This document shows, one piece after another, positions 39,278 through 49,514 of a DNA stretch of 61,566 bases (the stretch's first letter is position 1; every line of letters starts with the position of its first letter). The translations under genes and the position numbers were made by a program. Source of the stretch: Clostridia bacterium (GTDB lineage Bacteria; Bacillota; Clostridia; Acetivibrionales; JBAZRJ01); contig JBAZRJ010000005.1 in NCBI GenBank assembly GCA_041662985.1, positions 1 through 61,566 of the forward strand, given 5' to 3'. Below the pieces are notes generated by a model. It saw only the letters and a list, made by a program, of their open reading frames with translations. It did not search any database and was not told the origin of the DNA.

Positions 39278-41611
39278 TCATTCGTCAGTTTCATCTGATT
39301 CAACTGATTCAGCTGATTCGTCTGTATAATCATCATTTCTCATTTGCATTTCCTGAAGCTGCAATTTTGTAATCAATACCTGTCTCGGTTTGCTGCCTTC
39401 AAATATGCCTACAATCTTTCTTTCTTCCATTTGGTCGACAATCCTGGCAGCTCTTGCATAACCGATTTTAAACTTTCTTTGAAGAAGCGATGCCGAAGCC
39501 TGACCTGCGTCTACGACTATTTCAATGGCCCTTGGCAGTAATTCATCGGCTTCGTTTAAATTCCTTTTATCTATCTTTTTTTCATTGTTGATTTCTTCGA
39601 TAATTTTTTCATTATAATTTGTCTCACCTTGCCTTTTAATAAATTCAACGACCTTTTCGACTTCCTTCTCTGTTACATAAGAACCCTGAATCCTCACAGG
39701 TTTTGGCTCTCCGACAGGATAGAAAAGCATGTCCCCTCTTCCCAAAAGCTTTTCCGCACCCCCCATATCAAGAATCGTTCTCGAGTCAATCTGAGATGAC
39801 ACAGCAAAAGAAATTCTTGATGGAATATTAGCCTTTATTATTCCGGTTATTACATCAACCGAAGGTCTCTGAGTGGCAATAACAAGATGCATTCCGGCCG
39901 CTCTTGCCATCTGTGCAAGTCTGCAGACAGCATCCTCCACATCGTTTGGGGCAACCATCATTAAATCGGCAAGCTCATCAATAATAATTACTATTTGCGG
40001 CAATGTTTCGCAATCTTCGGACTTTCTCATAATTGCATTGTATCCCTTGATGTCTCTGACGCCTTTTTCGGCAAATAATTTATATCTGTTGACCATTTCA
40101 ATTACCGCCCAGTTCAAAGCACCTGCCGCCTTTTTAGGGTCTGTAACGACAGGAATCAGCAAATGCGGTATTCCGTTGTATGCGCCAAGCTCAACAACCT
40201 TGGTATCAATCATTAAAACTTTGACATCTTTTGGGGCTGATTTATACAAAATGCTTATAATCATGCTATTAATACACACACTTTTTCCCGAACCTGTTGC
40301 ACCGGCAATTAAAAGATGCGGCATTTTCGAAATATCCGCAATAATCGACTCGCCTGAGATATCCTTGCCAACTGCAAATGCAAGTTTTGATGTAAACTTT
40401 TCATAATTCTCTGACTCAATTACATCTCTTAAAGGTACGGAAGTCACTATAGAGTTTGGAACCTCGATTCCTATAGCTGCTTTTCCCGGTATCGGCGCTT
40501 CTATTCTAACACCCGATGATGCAAGATTTAGAGATATATCATCTGCAAGGTTTACAATTCTGCTGACCTTGACTCCCTTGCTTGGCTGCAGTTCAAACCT
40601 TGTGACTGTTGGCCCGCGGCTTATATTTATTACCTTTGCTTCCACCCCAAAACTGCTTAGCGTCTCTTCCAACTTTTTAGCGCTTTCAAATGCTGTGCTT
40701 TTCGCAATCTTAACATTTTTACCTGATTCCAGATTGCTGTTTAGCAATGTAATCGGCGGGAACTCATATTCAATATCATTATCGGAATTATGAACCGAGA
40801 CGGTTTCCTGTTCTTCGCTTTTAACCCTGCGTTCATCTTCCTTTTCCAAAAAACCGATCTGCTCATTATTGCTAATTGTTTTCATAAACTTATCGTCAAT
40901 TTCCGATAATTCTTTTTCTGCATTTTCTAAATTCATTTCAATTATATTGGTCTTTGGTTTAAATTCAATCGGGTCATCGTTATCGATTTTCATTCTCGGT
41001 GCGGCATCTTCATCTCTTAATGCCTGATACTTCGTCGAAATCGTATCCTTGAAAGTCTTTGCTGTTTTTGCGATTGAAAATTTCGTAAGCAATATCATGT
41101 CAATTATTGCGAGCACCGTCAATATAATTATCGTTCCCAGTGATTTCAAAGTTATAAGCAGCGGTATGCTTATCAATCCGCCGATTAAACCGCCGCCTTG
41201 CATTTCAATACCGCTTGAGACAAAGTATTGAATATACTGCCATTTTGAATAATTAACCAAAGAACTCGGCTTATAAAATGCCGCGTTAAACAGTGCCGAG
41301 AGCAGCAATAAAAGAATCCCCACATATATCATTCTTTGTTTAAATGCTTTTGAATTTTTGTTGAATATCATGAAGATGGCATAAATCATTATGAGGGGAG
41401 GGATTGCAAAAGAAGGTGTACCAAAGGTACCAAAGAAAATATTCCGGAGGATTTTGCCGAATATTCCTATAGAGCCCTGAAAATAAAATCCCAGGGTCAT
41501 AAGGACACCAAGCAAAAGGACTAACAGACCAATAACCTCGTTATTGAATCTTGAACCGCCTTTTTTATCATTCGAACCTTTTTTCTTTTGTGTCTTTTTG
41601 CGACTCAACAA
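39278..41611 (-). CDS. ftsK: DNA translocase FtsK/SpoIIIE
   Basis: N-terminal TM domain, Walker A GATGSGKS, C-terminal gamma winged helix (ASASLLQRKFKIGYARAARIVD). Confidence 0.95.
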   Translation of the reverse strand: MLSRKKTQKKKGSNDKKGGSRFNNEVIGLLVLLLGVLMTLGFYFQGSIGIFGKILRNIFFGTFGTPSFAIPPLIMIYAIFMIFNKNSKAFKQRMIYVGILLLLLSALFNAAFYKPSSLVNYSKWQYIQYFVSSGIEMQGGGLIGGLISIPLLITLKSLGTIIILTVLAIIDMILLTKFSIAKTAKTFKDTISTKYQALRDEDAAPRMKIDNDDPIEFKPKTNIIEMNLENAEKELSEIDDKFMKTISNNEQIGFLEKEDERRVKSEEQETVSVHNSDNDIEYEFPPITLLNSNLESGKNVKIAKSTAFESAKKLEETLSSFGVEAKVINISRGPTVTRFELQPSKGVKVSRIVNLADDISLNLASSGVRIEAPIPGKAAIGIEVPNSIVTSVPLRDVIESENYEKFTSKLAFAVGKDISGESIIADISKMPHLLIAGATGSGKSVCINSMIISILYKSAPKDVKVLMIDTKVVELGAYNGIPHLLIPVVTDPKKAAGALNWAVIEMVNRYKLFAEKGVRDIKGYNAIMRKSEDCETLPQIVIIIDELADLMMVAPNDVEDAVCRLAQMARAAGMHLVIATQRPSVDVITGIIKANIPSRISFAVSSQIDSRTILDMGGAEKLLGRGDMLFYPVGEPKPVRIQGSYVTEKEVEKVVEFIKRQGETNYNEKIIEEINNEKKIDKRNLNEADELLPRAIEIVVDAGQASASLLQRKFKIGYARAARIVDQMEERKIVGIFEGSKPRQVLITKLQLQEMQMRNDDYTDESAESVESDETDE

Positions 41612-41702
41612 AAAGCCCCCTGACAGTTTATTTACTAAAAGTAATATATCATATTTTATATTTTTTTTCCATAGTTTTCGACCACGAAATTTCCATATAA
41701 AT

Positions 41703-41728
41703 GCAAAAATCGCCCTGTTCGGACGATT
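41703..41728 (-). terminator. terminator downstream of rnpB
   Basis: The minus strand reads AATCGTCC-GAACA-GGGCGATT followed by TTTGC. Confidence 0.6.
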
Positions 41729-41744
41729 TCTACATTTTAAATAT

Positions 41745-42090
41745 GACTAGGTCTGTAAGCCGGGTTCTGTATCTGACGGTCATCTATCTAGGCGACGCAT
41801 CTCTGTATCGCTCAAGCCACCTAATGGGACTGGCGGGCCGCCTGCATCCCTGTGCGGTGTTGCTCCGGATGGGGTTTTCAAAGCCGGACAGTTACCTGGC
41901 CGCTGGTGAGCTCTTACCTCGCCTTTCCACCCTTACACGCCTATGTTTCCATAGATATGCGGTAATTTTCTATGCACTTTCCTTAAAGTTGCCTTCACCG
42001 GGAGTTACCCGGCACCCTTGCCCTATGGAGCCCGGACTTTCCTCATGTAAGGCCTTTCGGCACTTTACACGCGACCATCTGACCTACTCA
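41745..42090 (-). ncRNA. rnpB: RNase P RNA, bacterial type A
   Basis: The reverse strand contains GAGGAAAGTCCGGGCTCCATAGGGCAAGGGTGCCGGGTAAC, GGTAAGAGCTCACCAG, CCGGAGCAA and the 3' ACAGAACCCGGCTTACAGACC. A GC-rich island with no credible ORF. Confidence 0.95.
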
Positions 42091-42127
42091 CATTGAAATG
42101 TAATTATAGTCTCAAAACACCTGAATG

Positions 42128-42913
42128 TCAATAGAACCTGAAAGGGTCGTTTTCACTTGCACTGCTAATTATATCAATGTTTGGGAACTTGCTCTTCAAA
42201 TATGTAAACAGCAGTTCTTTAACAATTACCTCTGTCCCGAAATGCCCTGCATCAATCGCACAAAAACCGTTGTTTGCTATTTCCTGTGCATCATGATATT
42301 TAATGTCTCCTGTCACCAAAATTTCCGCTTCGCCTTTGATTCCTTCGCAAAGCCTTGCATCATAACCTCCGCAGAATACGGCAACATTGGTAATTTGATC
42401 CTGAACATCACCGATGATTCTTAAATTCTTCACTCCAAGATTTTCTTTGACAATCACCGTAAATTTATCGATGTCCTTTGCTGCGCTTAGTCTGCCGATT
42501 TTTACATATTTATTTTCATCCGATGAATTAACAGAGTTGTGTATGTCAAGCAATTCAAGCTTTTCAGCCAAATATCTGTTTAATCCGTTTTCGCAAATAT
42601 CAAGATTTGTATGCGAACAAAAAACACTTGTTTCATTTCTGATTAAACTGTAGAGCATTTTACCTTCAGGCGTCTCATTGTTTATGCTCTTTATTGTGTT
42701 AAATATTATCGGATGGTGCGAAACGATCATGTCTGCATCAAGCCTTAAAGCTTCTTTCGCAACCTGAGGCGTAACATCCAGACACAGCAAAAGTTTTTCG
42801 ACGATTCTGTCACCGCTTCCAAGCAGAAGTCCGACATTGTCCCAATCTTCCGCCAAATTCTCAGGTGCCAAAATCCTAAGTGATGACATCACATCACGGC
42901 ATTTTATACTCAT
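42128..42913 (-). CDS. Nif3-like dinuclear metal centre protein (YqfO family)
   Basis: AEDWDNVGLLLG ... SHHP ... CAIDAGHFGTE. Start at ATG 42913, after GGGAGG. Confidence 0.88.
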   Translation of the reverse strand: MSIKCRDVMSSLRILAPENLAEDWDNVGLLLGSGDRIVEKLLLCLDVTPQVAKEALRLDADMIVSHHPIIFNTIKSINNETPEGKMLYSLIRNETSVFCSHTNLDICENGLNRYLAEKLELLDIHNSVNSSDENKYVKIGRLSAAKDIDKFTVIVKENLGVKNLRIIGDVQDQITNVAVFCGGYDARLCEGIKGEAEILVTGDIKYHDAQEIANNGFCAIDAGHFGTEVIVKELLFTYLKSKFPNIDIISSASENDPFRFY

Positions 42914-43021
42914 AATACACCTCCCATGTGCCTCAAACACTTTTTTAAAATTAATTAAAATTTAGTCTATTCGTTTTTTATTTATTTAATCGATTAATTT
43001 TTTATTCCAGGGGATCCATCT

Positions 43022-43843
43022 TTATTCTATCATATTTTCAATACGTTTTAAGTCATCTCTTAACTCAATATATTCGTCTCTTGACTCATTCCTTTTCGTC
43101 TCATTGACGCTATCTGAATCGTTTTTCATCACATTGCCGTTGCTTGAAGAGTTTTTCATTTCTTTGATTGCTTTATCGAGCTGTCTGATCTTGTTTTTGA
43201 GCATTTTACCTAATAGAGGATCCTTCTTTTCGATAAGTTTTTTGCCAATAAATAGATATGCTGCTTCTGAAATGCTGTTGCCGGTACTGTTTCTGTTTCC
43301 ACTTTTATTATTGTTTTTATTATTTTCGTTATTCTTTTTTTCTTTATGTTTTTTTATATCCGCCTGAGAGAAGTGTTTTGCGCAAATAACATTATATATC
43401 TTCTCTCCCTCGGCACACAGTTCCTCATCATAAATTTCGAAGTCGTTTTCGGTCAGCCATTTCCTGACCTCGTCGAGTCTGTTCATAGGCTGTAGAATCA
43501 ATGACTTTGCGCTTTTTGCCATTGCCTTGCCTTCAGTTAGTATCTTAGAAATTAGAATGCCGCCCATCCCGGCGATAATGATTACATCCGCTTTGTTTTC
43601 AGATATCGTCTCAAGACCATCTCCCATAAGGGTTTCAATCTTGTCTTCAAACCCTGCGTTTTTTATATTTAATTTTGCAGCTTTTAACGGTCCCTTTCGC
43701 ACATCTGAAGCTATGACACTTTTGCAAACGCCGTTTTCAACGAGAAAAATCGGTATGTACGCATGATCTGTACCAATGTCTGCTACTATATTTGCTTTTT
43801 GTACTTTGCTTGCTATTAACGCAAGTCTGCCCTTTAATTCCAT
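43022..43843 (-). CDS. trmK: tRNA (adenine22-N1)-methyltransferase TrmK with long Asn/Lys-rich and coiled-coil C-terminus
   Basis: RLALIASKV...ADIGTDHAYIPIFL...IAGMGG, and the usual pairing with the nif3 gene. Confidence 0.85.
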   Translation of the reverse strand: MELKGRLALIASKVQKANIVADIGTDHAYIPIFLVENGVCKSVIASDVRKGPLKAAKLNIKNAGFEDKIETLMGDGLETISENKADVIIIAGMGGILISKILTEGKAMAKSAKSLILQPMNRLDEVRKWLTENDFEIYDEELCAEGEKIYNVICAKHFSQADIKKHKEKKNNENNKNNNKSGNRNSTGNSISEAAYLFIGKKLIEKKDPLLGKMLKNKIRQLDKAIKEMKNSSSNGNVMKNDSDSVNETKRNESRDEYIELRDDLKRIENMIE

Positions 43844-43856
43844 TTTATCTCCTGAT

Positions 43857-45287
43857 TTAAGTTTTCTTTGTTTTTCTTTTTAAATTAATTTTTTCAAATA
43901 GTATAAAGGATGCTGCGGACATAATGAAAATCGCCGGCATAATGTTATACCGATATCTCGTTTTTATTTCGATCAATAAATATACGGCATAATTTATTGA
44001 AATCATAACAATAAAGAAGAATGCTTTTTCTTTCAATTTTGACTTATTTAAAATAATCAAAATGCATGAAAAAATAAACGCAATAAATATAAAAATGTAA
44101 ATGGATTTATCAAAATACATCATCAAACCTGTTGCTTTTCTTTCATTGGTTTTGAAATCCATAACATGATTTTTGTAATTTGAATCGTTTTTAAACACGG
44201 TAGAAAATGAGCTTTCGTTGCAAGCCCACATTTTAGATGTTTTCTTATAAACAAAATCAATTACGCCATTACCTTTTTTAAAAGAATTTTCTATTATCTT
44301 GAGAGCCTCTTTTCTCCTAAGGTTCTGATCTTTTATATCCAATATGTACGTATCTTTTTTATTATATTGCCCGAATGTTGTATTATCCAATCCCCCAATA
44401 AATTTCCATTCCGGAAATTTATTTGATATACCGTTTTTATTAATCCCTGCTATCTTTATTGCAAAACCGACTGATGCCAATATCAGGAAATATGTTACCA
44501 AAACTATTCCCGCTTTTTTTAGAATATCAATCCTGTCTTTAGCTGTAGCACATTTCAGAATCAAAATCAGAGACACGAATAAAATAGTCGCAATGACGAT
44601 AATGCCCTCCGGTCGCATTAAATTTCCTAAACTTAACAGTACACCCGAAATAACCAATGTCCTGATATCGTTTTTTCGCAGCATCATATAAATTCCCAGA
44701 TAAATCAAAAAAGTCGAAATGTGTTGGTTGGTTAAAACAGACGCTAATAAAATAGGGGCAGGATAAATTGCATATAAGAATGCAGCAACTGCGGCGGCGC
44801 GCTCCGAAACTATCTTTCGAGCAAATAAGTAAATAAGAAAGATTATTCCTGTCATGAAGCACACATTCAAAAATTTTAATATAAAAACAGAACCGAATAA
44901 TTTTAAAATTAATCCTTGATATAAAACAAATGGTGTTTGATACGCCCAGTTTTGAAAATACGATATATCAAAACAAGAAAAATTTCCGACAGCAACTTTT
45001 TTTGCTGCATCAAACATTATAGCAAAATCACTGTTTATATGTGTTTGAACGACTAAAATAAATACAAATCGCAGAATAAAGCCAAATGATAAAATTGATA
45101 TGATTAATATTTTGGGTGAAATTTTAACTTTGTATATCAGCAAACAAAATGCACAAACAGCGATTATAATTAATATGTAGATACTGGGATTATTCAGAAG
45201 CGCAAAATTTTGACAAACAGTTATTGCAAAAATGAGCACTGCGAAGGCAATAATAATTTTTTGAACTCTGTCTATTGCATTTGACAT
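43857..45287 (-). CDS. polytopic membrane protein, ArnT/PMT-like GT-C glycosyltransferase candidate
   Basis: About 476 aa with at least 10 hydrophobic helices and a short soluble loop. Start at ATG 45287, after GAAGG. The family call rests on architecture only. Confidence 0.5.
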   Translation of the reverse strand: MSNAIDRVQKIIIAFAVLIFAITVCQNFALLNNPSIYILIIIAVCAFCLLIYKVKISPKILIISILSFGFILRFVFILVVQTHINSDFAIMFDAAKKVAVGNFSCFDISYFQNWAYQTPFVLYQGLILKLFGSVFILKFLNVCFMTGIIFLIYLFARKIVSERAAAVAAFLYAIYPAPILLASVLTNQHISTFLIYLGIYMMLRKNDIRTLVISGVLLSLGNLMRPEGIIVIATILFVSLILILKCATAKDRIDILKKAGIVLVTYFLILASVGFAIKIAGINKNGISNKFPEWKFIGGLDNTTFGQYNKKDTYILDIKDQNLRRKEALKIIENSFKKGNGVIDFVYKKTSKMWACNESSFSTVFKNDSNYKNHVMDFKTNERKATGLMMYFDKSIYIFIFIAFIFSCILIILNKSKLKEKAFFFIVMISINYAVYLLIEIKTRYRYNIMPAIFIMSAASFILFEKINLKRKTKKT

Positions 45288-45458
45288 ATTTTTTACCTTC
45301 CCCAAATATTTAATGAATATTTATAACGAATATGCACACAAATGATGACTTTTTTAGTTATCATATGCACTCTAACATAATATATCACAAAATGTAATAT
45401 CTTCTCAATACTGTACTCTTTTTGAGTTTTACAACAGTATACGGACATAATGTTCAGC

Positions 45459-45486
45459 AAAAAAGCCACCTCTCGGTGGCTTTTTT
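45459..45486. terminator. bidirectional intrinsic terminator
   Basis: AAAAAA-GCCACC-TCTC-GGTGGC-TTTTTT, immediately 3' of the tRNA pair. Confidence 0.85.
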
Positions 45487-45490
45487 GTGT

Positions 45491-45567
45491 TGGTGGGCCT
45501 TCAGGGACTCGAACCCCGGACCAACCGGTTATGAGCCGGTTGCTCTAACCAACTGAGCTAAAGGCCC
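45491..45567 (-). tRNA. tRNA with CAT anticodon, most likely tRNA-Ile2 (lysidine) rather than elongator Met
   Basis: The reverse strand reads GGGCCTTTAGCTCAGTTGGTTAGAGCAACCGGCTCATAACCGGTTGGTCCGGGGTTCGAGTCCCTGAAGGCCCACCA. It folds as a cloverleaf with an encoded CCA. C4-G69/C5-G68 and the TTGGTC variable loop resemble ileX-type tRNAs. Confidence 0.9.
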
Positions 45568-45572
45568 CCATT

Positions 45573-45648
45573 TGGCTCCTCAAGTAGGACTCGAACCTAC
45601 GACCCTGCGGTTAACAGCCGCATGCTCTACCAACTGAGCTATTGAGGA
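45573..45648 (-). tRNA. tRNA-Asn (GTT)
   Basis: The reverse strand reads TCCTCAATAGCTCAGTTGGTAGAGCATGCGGCTGTTAACCGCAGGGTCGTAGGTTCGAGTCCTACTTGAGGAGCCA. Confidence 0.95.
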
Positions 45649-45681
45649 ATATAAAATTTGCTTTTTTACAGCACAAAAACA

Positions 45682-45710
45682 ATTATACTTAATCATTACA
45701 ATCAGGTCAA
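45682..45710 (-). promoter_or_regulatory. promoter for the tRNA pair (TTGACC-17-TATAAT)
   Basis: The minus strand reads TTGACCtgattgtaatgattaagTATAAT, about 30 nt upstream of tRNA-Asn. Confidence 0.6.
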
Positions 45711-45765
45711 TATTTTTTTAATATCTTCCTGATTGTAATTGATCTAAATTATTTTTTCAAGTCAA

Positions 45766-47181
45766 TTAATCCAAGTAATCTTTTAATTTTTTACTCCTGC
45801 TTGGGTGACGAAGCTTTCTCAAAGCTTTTGCTTCTATTTGACGGATTCTCTCACGAGTTACGGAAAATTCTTTTCCCACCTCTTCAAGCGTCCTTGCTCT
45901 GCCATCATCAAGGCCGAATCTTAATCTTAAAACCTTTTCTTCCCGGGCTGTCAAGGTATCAAGAACATCAATCAACTGCTCTTTCAAGAGGGTAAATGCT
46001 GCGGCTTCAGAAGGTGCCGGTGCATCGTCATCGGGTATAAAATCACCCAGATGACTGTCTTCCTCTTCTCCTATAGGGGTCTCAAGCGATACAGGTTCCT
46101 GCGAAATTTTCATTATTTCTCTGACTTTTTCAACTGTCATGCTCATCTCTTTTGCGATCTCTTCTGGAACCGGTTCTCTGCCGAGTTCCTGCAAAAGCTG
46201 TCTTGAAACTCTAATCAATTTATTTATGGTTTCAACCATATGAACGGGGATTCTGATTGTCCTTGCCTGGTCAGCAATAGCACGCGTGATAGCCTGTCTG
46301 ATCCACCATGTCGCATATGTGCTGAACTTATATCCTTTTTTGTAATCGAATTTTTCAACCGCTTTAATTAGACCAAGATTCCCCTCCTGGATTAAATCAA
46401 GGAAAAGCATTCCGCGTCCCACATACCTCTTTGCAATACTGACAACAAGTCTTAGATTAGCTTCTGCCAATTTTCTCTTGGCATCTATATCACCTAATTC
46501 CATTTTTTTCGATAGACTTATTTCTTCTTCCGCAGAAAGAAGTGATACCTTACCGATTTCCTTCAGGTACATTCTCACCGGGTCATCTATACTTATGCCG
46601 TCTGGAAGAGAAATATCCAACTCCAATTCTTCTTCTTCGACATCTGATTGCATTTTCTGAATTTCAGCATCTATGTCTTCGACAACGGTTATTCCATTGC
46701 TTTCCAATATGTCATAAATTTTTTCAATTTCTTCGGTGTCAATTTCAATATCCTCAAAGGCGTCATCAATTTCTTTATAAGTCATCAAGCCCTGACTTTT
46801 AGCCTTTTCAACCAATTCTTTTATTATCTGCTTTTTGTTTTCTGTTTTCTCTTTATTTTCTCTGTTTTTCTTATCCTCTTTTATTTCTTTTGCTTTTGCT
46901 GCCTTTGTTACTTTTGTTGCTTTTTCCTTTACATCCTTTGCTTCTTTTTCATCAAAAACAACTGTTGTTCCTTCATCCTTTTCTTTTTTTACTCCTTTTA
47001 CTGCTTTTACTTCTTTTACTGCTTTCACTTCTTTTACTGCTTTCACTTCTTTTGATTTTTTCTCTGCTTTTACAGGCTTTTCAACTTTAACGGGTTCTTC
47101 AGCTTTTACTGCTTTGATTTCCTTTTTAATTTTAATTTCCTTTTCAGCTTTAATTTCTTTTTCTTCTTTTTTGTTCTTCAT
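45766..47181 (-). CDS. rpoD: primary sigma factor RpoD/SigA with ~110-aa Lys/Glu/Val-rich N-terminal extension
   Basis: Regions 1.2-4.2 are intact ([66 protein letters not shown]). Downstream of dnaG. Confidence 0.96.
   Translation of the reverse strand: MKNKKEEKEIKAEKEIKIKKEIKAVKAEEPVKVEKPVKAEKKSKEVKAVKEVKAVKEVKAVKGVKKEKDEGTTVVFDEKEAKDVKEKATKVTKAAKAKEIKEDKKNRENKEKTENKKQIIKELVEKAKSQGLMTYKEIDDAFEDIEIDTEEIEKIYDILESNGITVVEDIDAEIQKMQSDVEEEELELDISLPDGISIDDPVRMYLKEIGKVSLLSAEEEISLSKKMELGDIDAKRKLAEANLRLVVSIAKRYVGRGMLFLDLIQEGNLGLIKAVEKFDYKKGYKFSTYATWWIRQAITRAIADQARTIRIPVHMVETINKLIRVSRQLLQELGREPVPEEIAKEMSMTVEKVREIMKISQEPVSLETPIGEEEDSHLGDFIPDDDAPAPSEAAAFTLLKEQLIDVLDTLTAREEKVLRLRFGLDDGRARTLEEVGKEFSVTRERIRQIEAKALRKLRHPSRSKKLKDYLD
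46991..47054. repeat. 18-bp in-frame tandem repeat (3 copies plus a partial) inside the rpoD 5' region
   Basis: CTGCTTT(T/C)ACTTCTTTT(A/G) at 47001, 47019 and 47037, encoding (KEVKAV)n. Confidence 0.85.
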
Positions 47182-47198
47182 ACTATTCTCCTCCTTTC

Positions 47199-48992
47199 TT
47201 ATATATTTTTTCTTTTTATAATCAGAGAATTTAGTTCCTCTGTCAATTTTTCCACTTCACTGTTCTTAAGTTCGACGCCACTGCTTAAGATAAGCAATAT
47301 TTCATTTTTTCTTTTGTCCATTATATATACCACCATTCCTTTTATTATATCCATTGCGGCTTTGTAATTACTCTCGCAATTGCATTCTTCCTGTATTATT
47401 TTAGCATATTCCCCTGCTTCTTTATCATCCAAAAGTCCCAGTAACTCAGCAGAAACTATTCCTCTGTCGCTGTCAATTCTGTCAAACACAATTTCCGCTA
47501 TTTTACGATCATTCTCGTCAATAAAATCTTCAATCTTAATGCGATCCTTGATCTTTTTATAGATGCTGTTATCAATGCAAATTAATGAGATGAGCATACG
47601 TTCATTATGAATTATTTCTTTTGCCTGCGAATTTTCCTTGCCTGTCGCTTCAGATGCAATCGTTTCTGCTTTCTCTGTCATTGCTGTTTTAAAATTCGTC
47701 TTCGGCCTTAATCTCTTATATATTTCTGAATAAATCGCATCCTCAGTTATGCTGTATTGTTTTGCTAATGTTTTTATGTACATCTCACGTTCCATGCTGT
47801 TATCTATTTTTGAAAGCATCTCGGCAACTTTATTCAGGAACTTTATTTTCCCGTCGGTAGTCTCAGTGTCTGTCTTGCTTTTCAGTATTTTGACCTTATA
47901 TTCAAGCAGTGATATGGAATTGTTAACAAGGTTTATAAATTCATCGGGACCATTTTTACGGACAAAATCGTCAGGATCCTTTCCTTCAGGTATAACAAGC
48001 ACTTTCACATTACAACCTATTTGATTCAATAAGTCCAATCCCCGCATTGTAGCTGTTTGACCTGCCGTATCCGCATCATATGAGATGATAACTTCTTCCG
48101 CATACTTTTTCAGCAGTCGCCCCTGGCTTTCCGTAAGCGCTGTCCCCAATGATGCCACGACATTTCTTACACCGCTTTTATTCAGTGAAATCACATCCAT
48201 ATAACCTTCAACTATAACAATTCGTGTATCTCCTGAATTTTTTGCTAAATTCAACGCATATAAGTTTTTTCCTTTGTTGTATACCGGAGTTTCTGGAGAA
48301 TTCATATACTTTGGCAATGATTCATCTGTCACGCGTCCGCCAAAAGCAATTACATTGCCTCTTACATCAAATATCGGGAATATTATACGGCCTCTGAATC
48401 TGTCGTAAAAACCGCCATTTTTATTTTTCAATACTAATCCGGACTTTTCAATTATTTCACTTTTAAAACCTTTTTCGACAAGAAATTTATATAATTGGTC
48501 CCATTCTGTTCCCGAAAAACCGATTCCGAATCTTTTTATCGTTCCTTCGTCCAAACCTCTTCCCGTCAGATAATTCCTAATGCTGCTGTTTTTGTCTGAT
48601 GTTAGATTTGAATAATAGAAACGCGCTGCTTCAGTATTAATTTTTAATAATTCCTGTCTCAGCTTTGCCTTCTCTCTTCCTTCTTTGTCATCCGATTCCG
48701 GTAAATCGATCTTTGCACGGTCTGCAAGAAGTTTTACTGCTTCAATAAAGTCCAGATTTTCAGTCAACATAATGAATTGGATTACATTTCCGCCCTTCCC
48801 GCAACCGAAACAATTGAATATTTGCTTAGTCTCAGACACACAAAAAGACGGTGTTTTTTCCTTGTGAAACGGACATAATCCGAAATTATTCGAACCTTTT
48901 TTGTCAAGCTTGATGTATTCGGAAACGACATCGACGATATCGTTTCTCATTCTGATTTCCTCTATTAATTCATCGGGATAATAATTGTACAT
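47199..48992 (-). CDS. dnaG: DNA primase
   Basis: Zinc ribbon [13 protein letters not shown]...CFGCGKGGN, and TOPRIM ([17 protein letters not shown]). Confidence 0.96.
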   Translation of the reverse strand: MYNYYPDELIEEIRMRNDIVDVVSEYIKLDKKGSNNFGLCPFHKEKTPSFCVSETKQIFNCFGCGKGGNVIQFIMLTENLDFIEAVKLLADRAKIDLPESDDKEGREKAKLRQELLKINTEAARFYYSNLTSDKNSSIRNYLTGRGLDEGTIKRFGIGFSGTEWDQLYKFLVEKGFKSEIIEKSGLVLKNKNGGFYDRFRGRIIFPIFDVRGNVIAFGGRVTDESLPKYMNSPETPVYNKGKNLYALNLAKNSGDTRIVIVEGYMDVISLNKSGVRNVVASLGTALTESQGRLLKKYAEEVIISYDADTAGQTATMRGLDLLNQIGCNVKVLVIPEGKDPDDFVRKNGPDEFINLVNNSISLLEYKVKILKSKTDTETTDGKIKFLNKVAEMLSKIDNSMEREMYIKTLAKQYSITEDAIYSEIYKRLRPKTNFKTAMTEKAETIASEATGKENSQAKEIIHNERMLISLICIDNSIYKKIKDRIKIEDFIDENDRKIAEIVFDRIDSDRGIVSAELLGLLDDKEAGEYAKIIQEECNCESNYKAAMDIIKGMVVYIMDKRKNEILLILSSGVELKNSEVEKLTEELNSLIIKRKNI

Positions 48993-49102
48993 TTACCTTC
49001 CTTTAACTGCCATTTTTAAGCCCTATAAAGATTTCAGACCCACGCTTTTCTTTTATTAATTGTTCGACAAAATAACTTATATTCCTTCTTTTTTCAATAA
49101 AT

Positions 49103-49133
49103 AAAACTCATCTCTTCGTCGGAGATGAGTTTT
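49103..49133. terminator. bidirectional intrinsic terminator
   Basis: AAAACTCATCTC-TTCGTCG-GAGATGAGTTTT, flanked by A and T runs. Confidence 0.8.
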
Positions 49134-49173
49134 ATTTTATTTGCTATCTTCTGAATCCTGTTTTTATGAAACA

Positions 49174-49482
49174 CTATACCCCAATCAAATCATCGACAAC
49201 ATACCTTATACCAGTAGGAGTAACCGTATTTTCAGCAAACTTATGCAATAGTTCCACTGCTTTTTCTTTGTCACATGTGAGGTCATGGATTATTTCTTTT
49301 TCCACACACTCGTTTCCAAATCTTTTTACTATTTCCACTCCGTATGTCCTTTTCTCTTGAATGTCATCCTCCTCGATTATTCTGTCAATTAAATAATATT
49401 CCAGAACAATCGGTTCGTTTAATTTTAATCTTGTTTCATCTTCGGTTAAAAACATAACTTTTTCCGGGCACCTGTCATGCAT
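49174..49482 (-). CDS. hypothetical acidic 102-aa protein
   Basis: ATG 8 nt after AAGGAGG. No family recognised, no TM helix and no signal peptide. Confidence 0.6.
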   Translation of the reverse strand: MHDRCPEKVMFLTEDETRLKLNEPIVLEYYLIDRIIEEDDIQEKRTYGVEIVKRFGNECVEKEIIHDLTCDKEKAVELLHKFAENTVTPTGIRYVVDDLIGV

Positions 49483-49491
49483 CCATCAAAC

Positions 49492-49514
49492 CTCCTTGAA
49501 ACTTTTTCAAGGAG
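49492..49514 (-). promoter_or_regulatory. perfect 10-bp hairpin whose 3' arm contains the SD of the 102-aa ORF
   Basis: The mRNA sense strand reads CUCCUUGAAA-AAG-UUUCAAGGAG, then GUUUGAUGGAUG. Confidence 0.5.

Noticed and set aside
46648-47221. Three overlapping plus-strand ORFs rich in Leu/Phe (for example [14 protein letters not shown]...).
   Set aside because: They are the complement of the Lys/Glu-rich repeat region of rpoD, so they are an artefact of low-complexity coding on the other strand.
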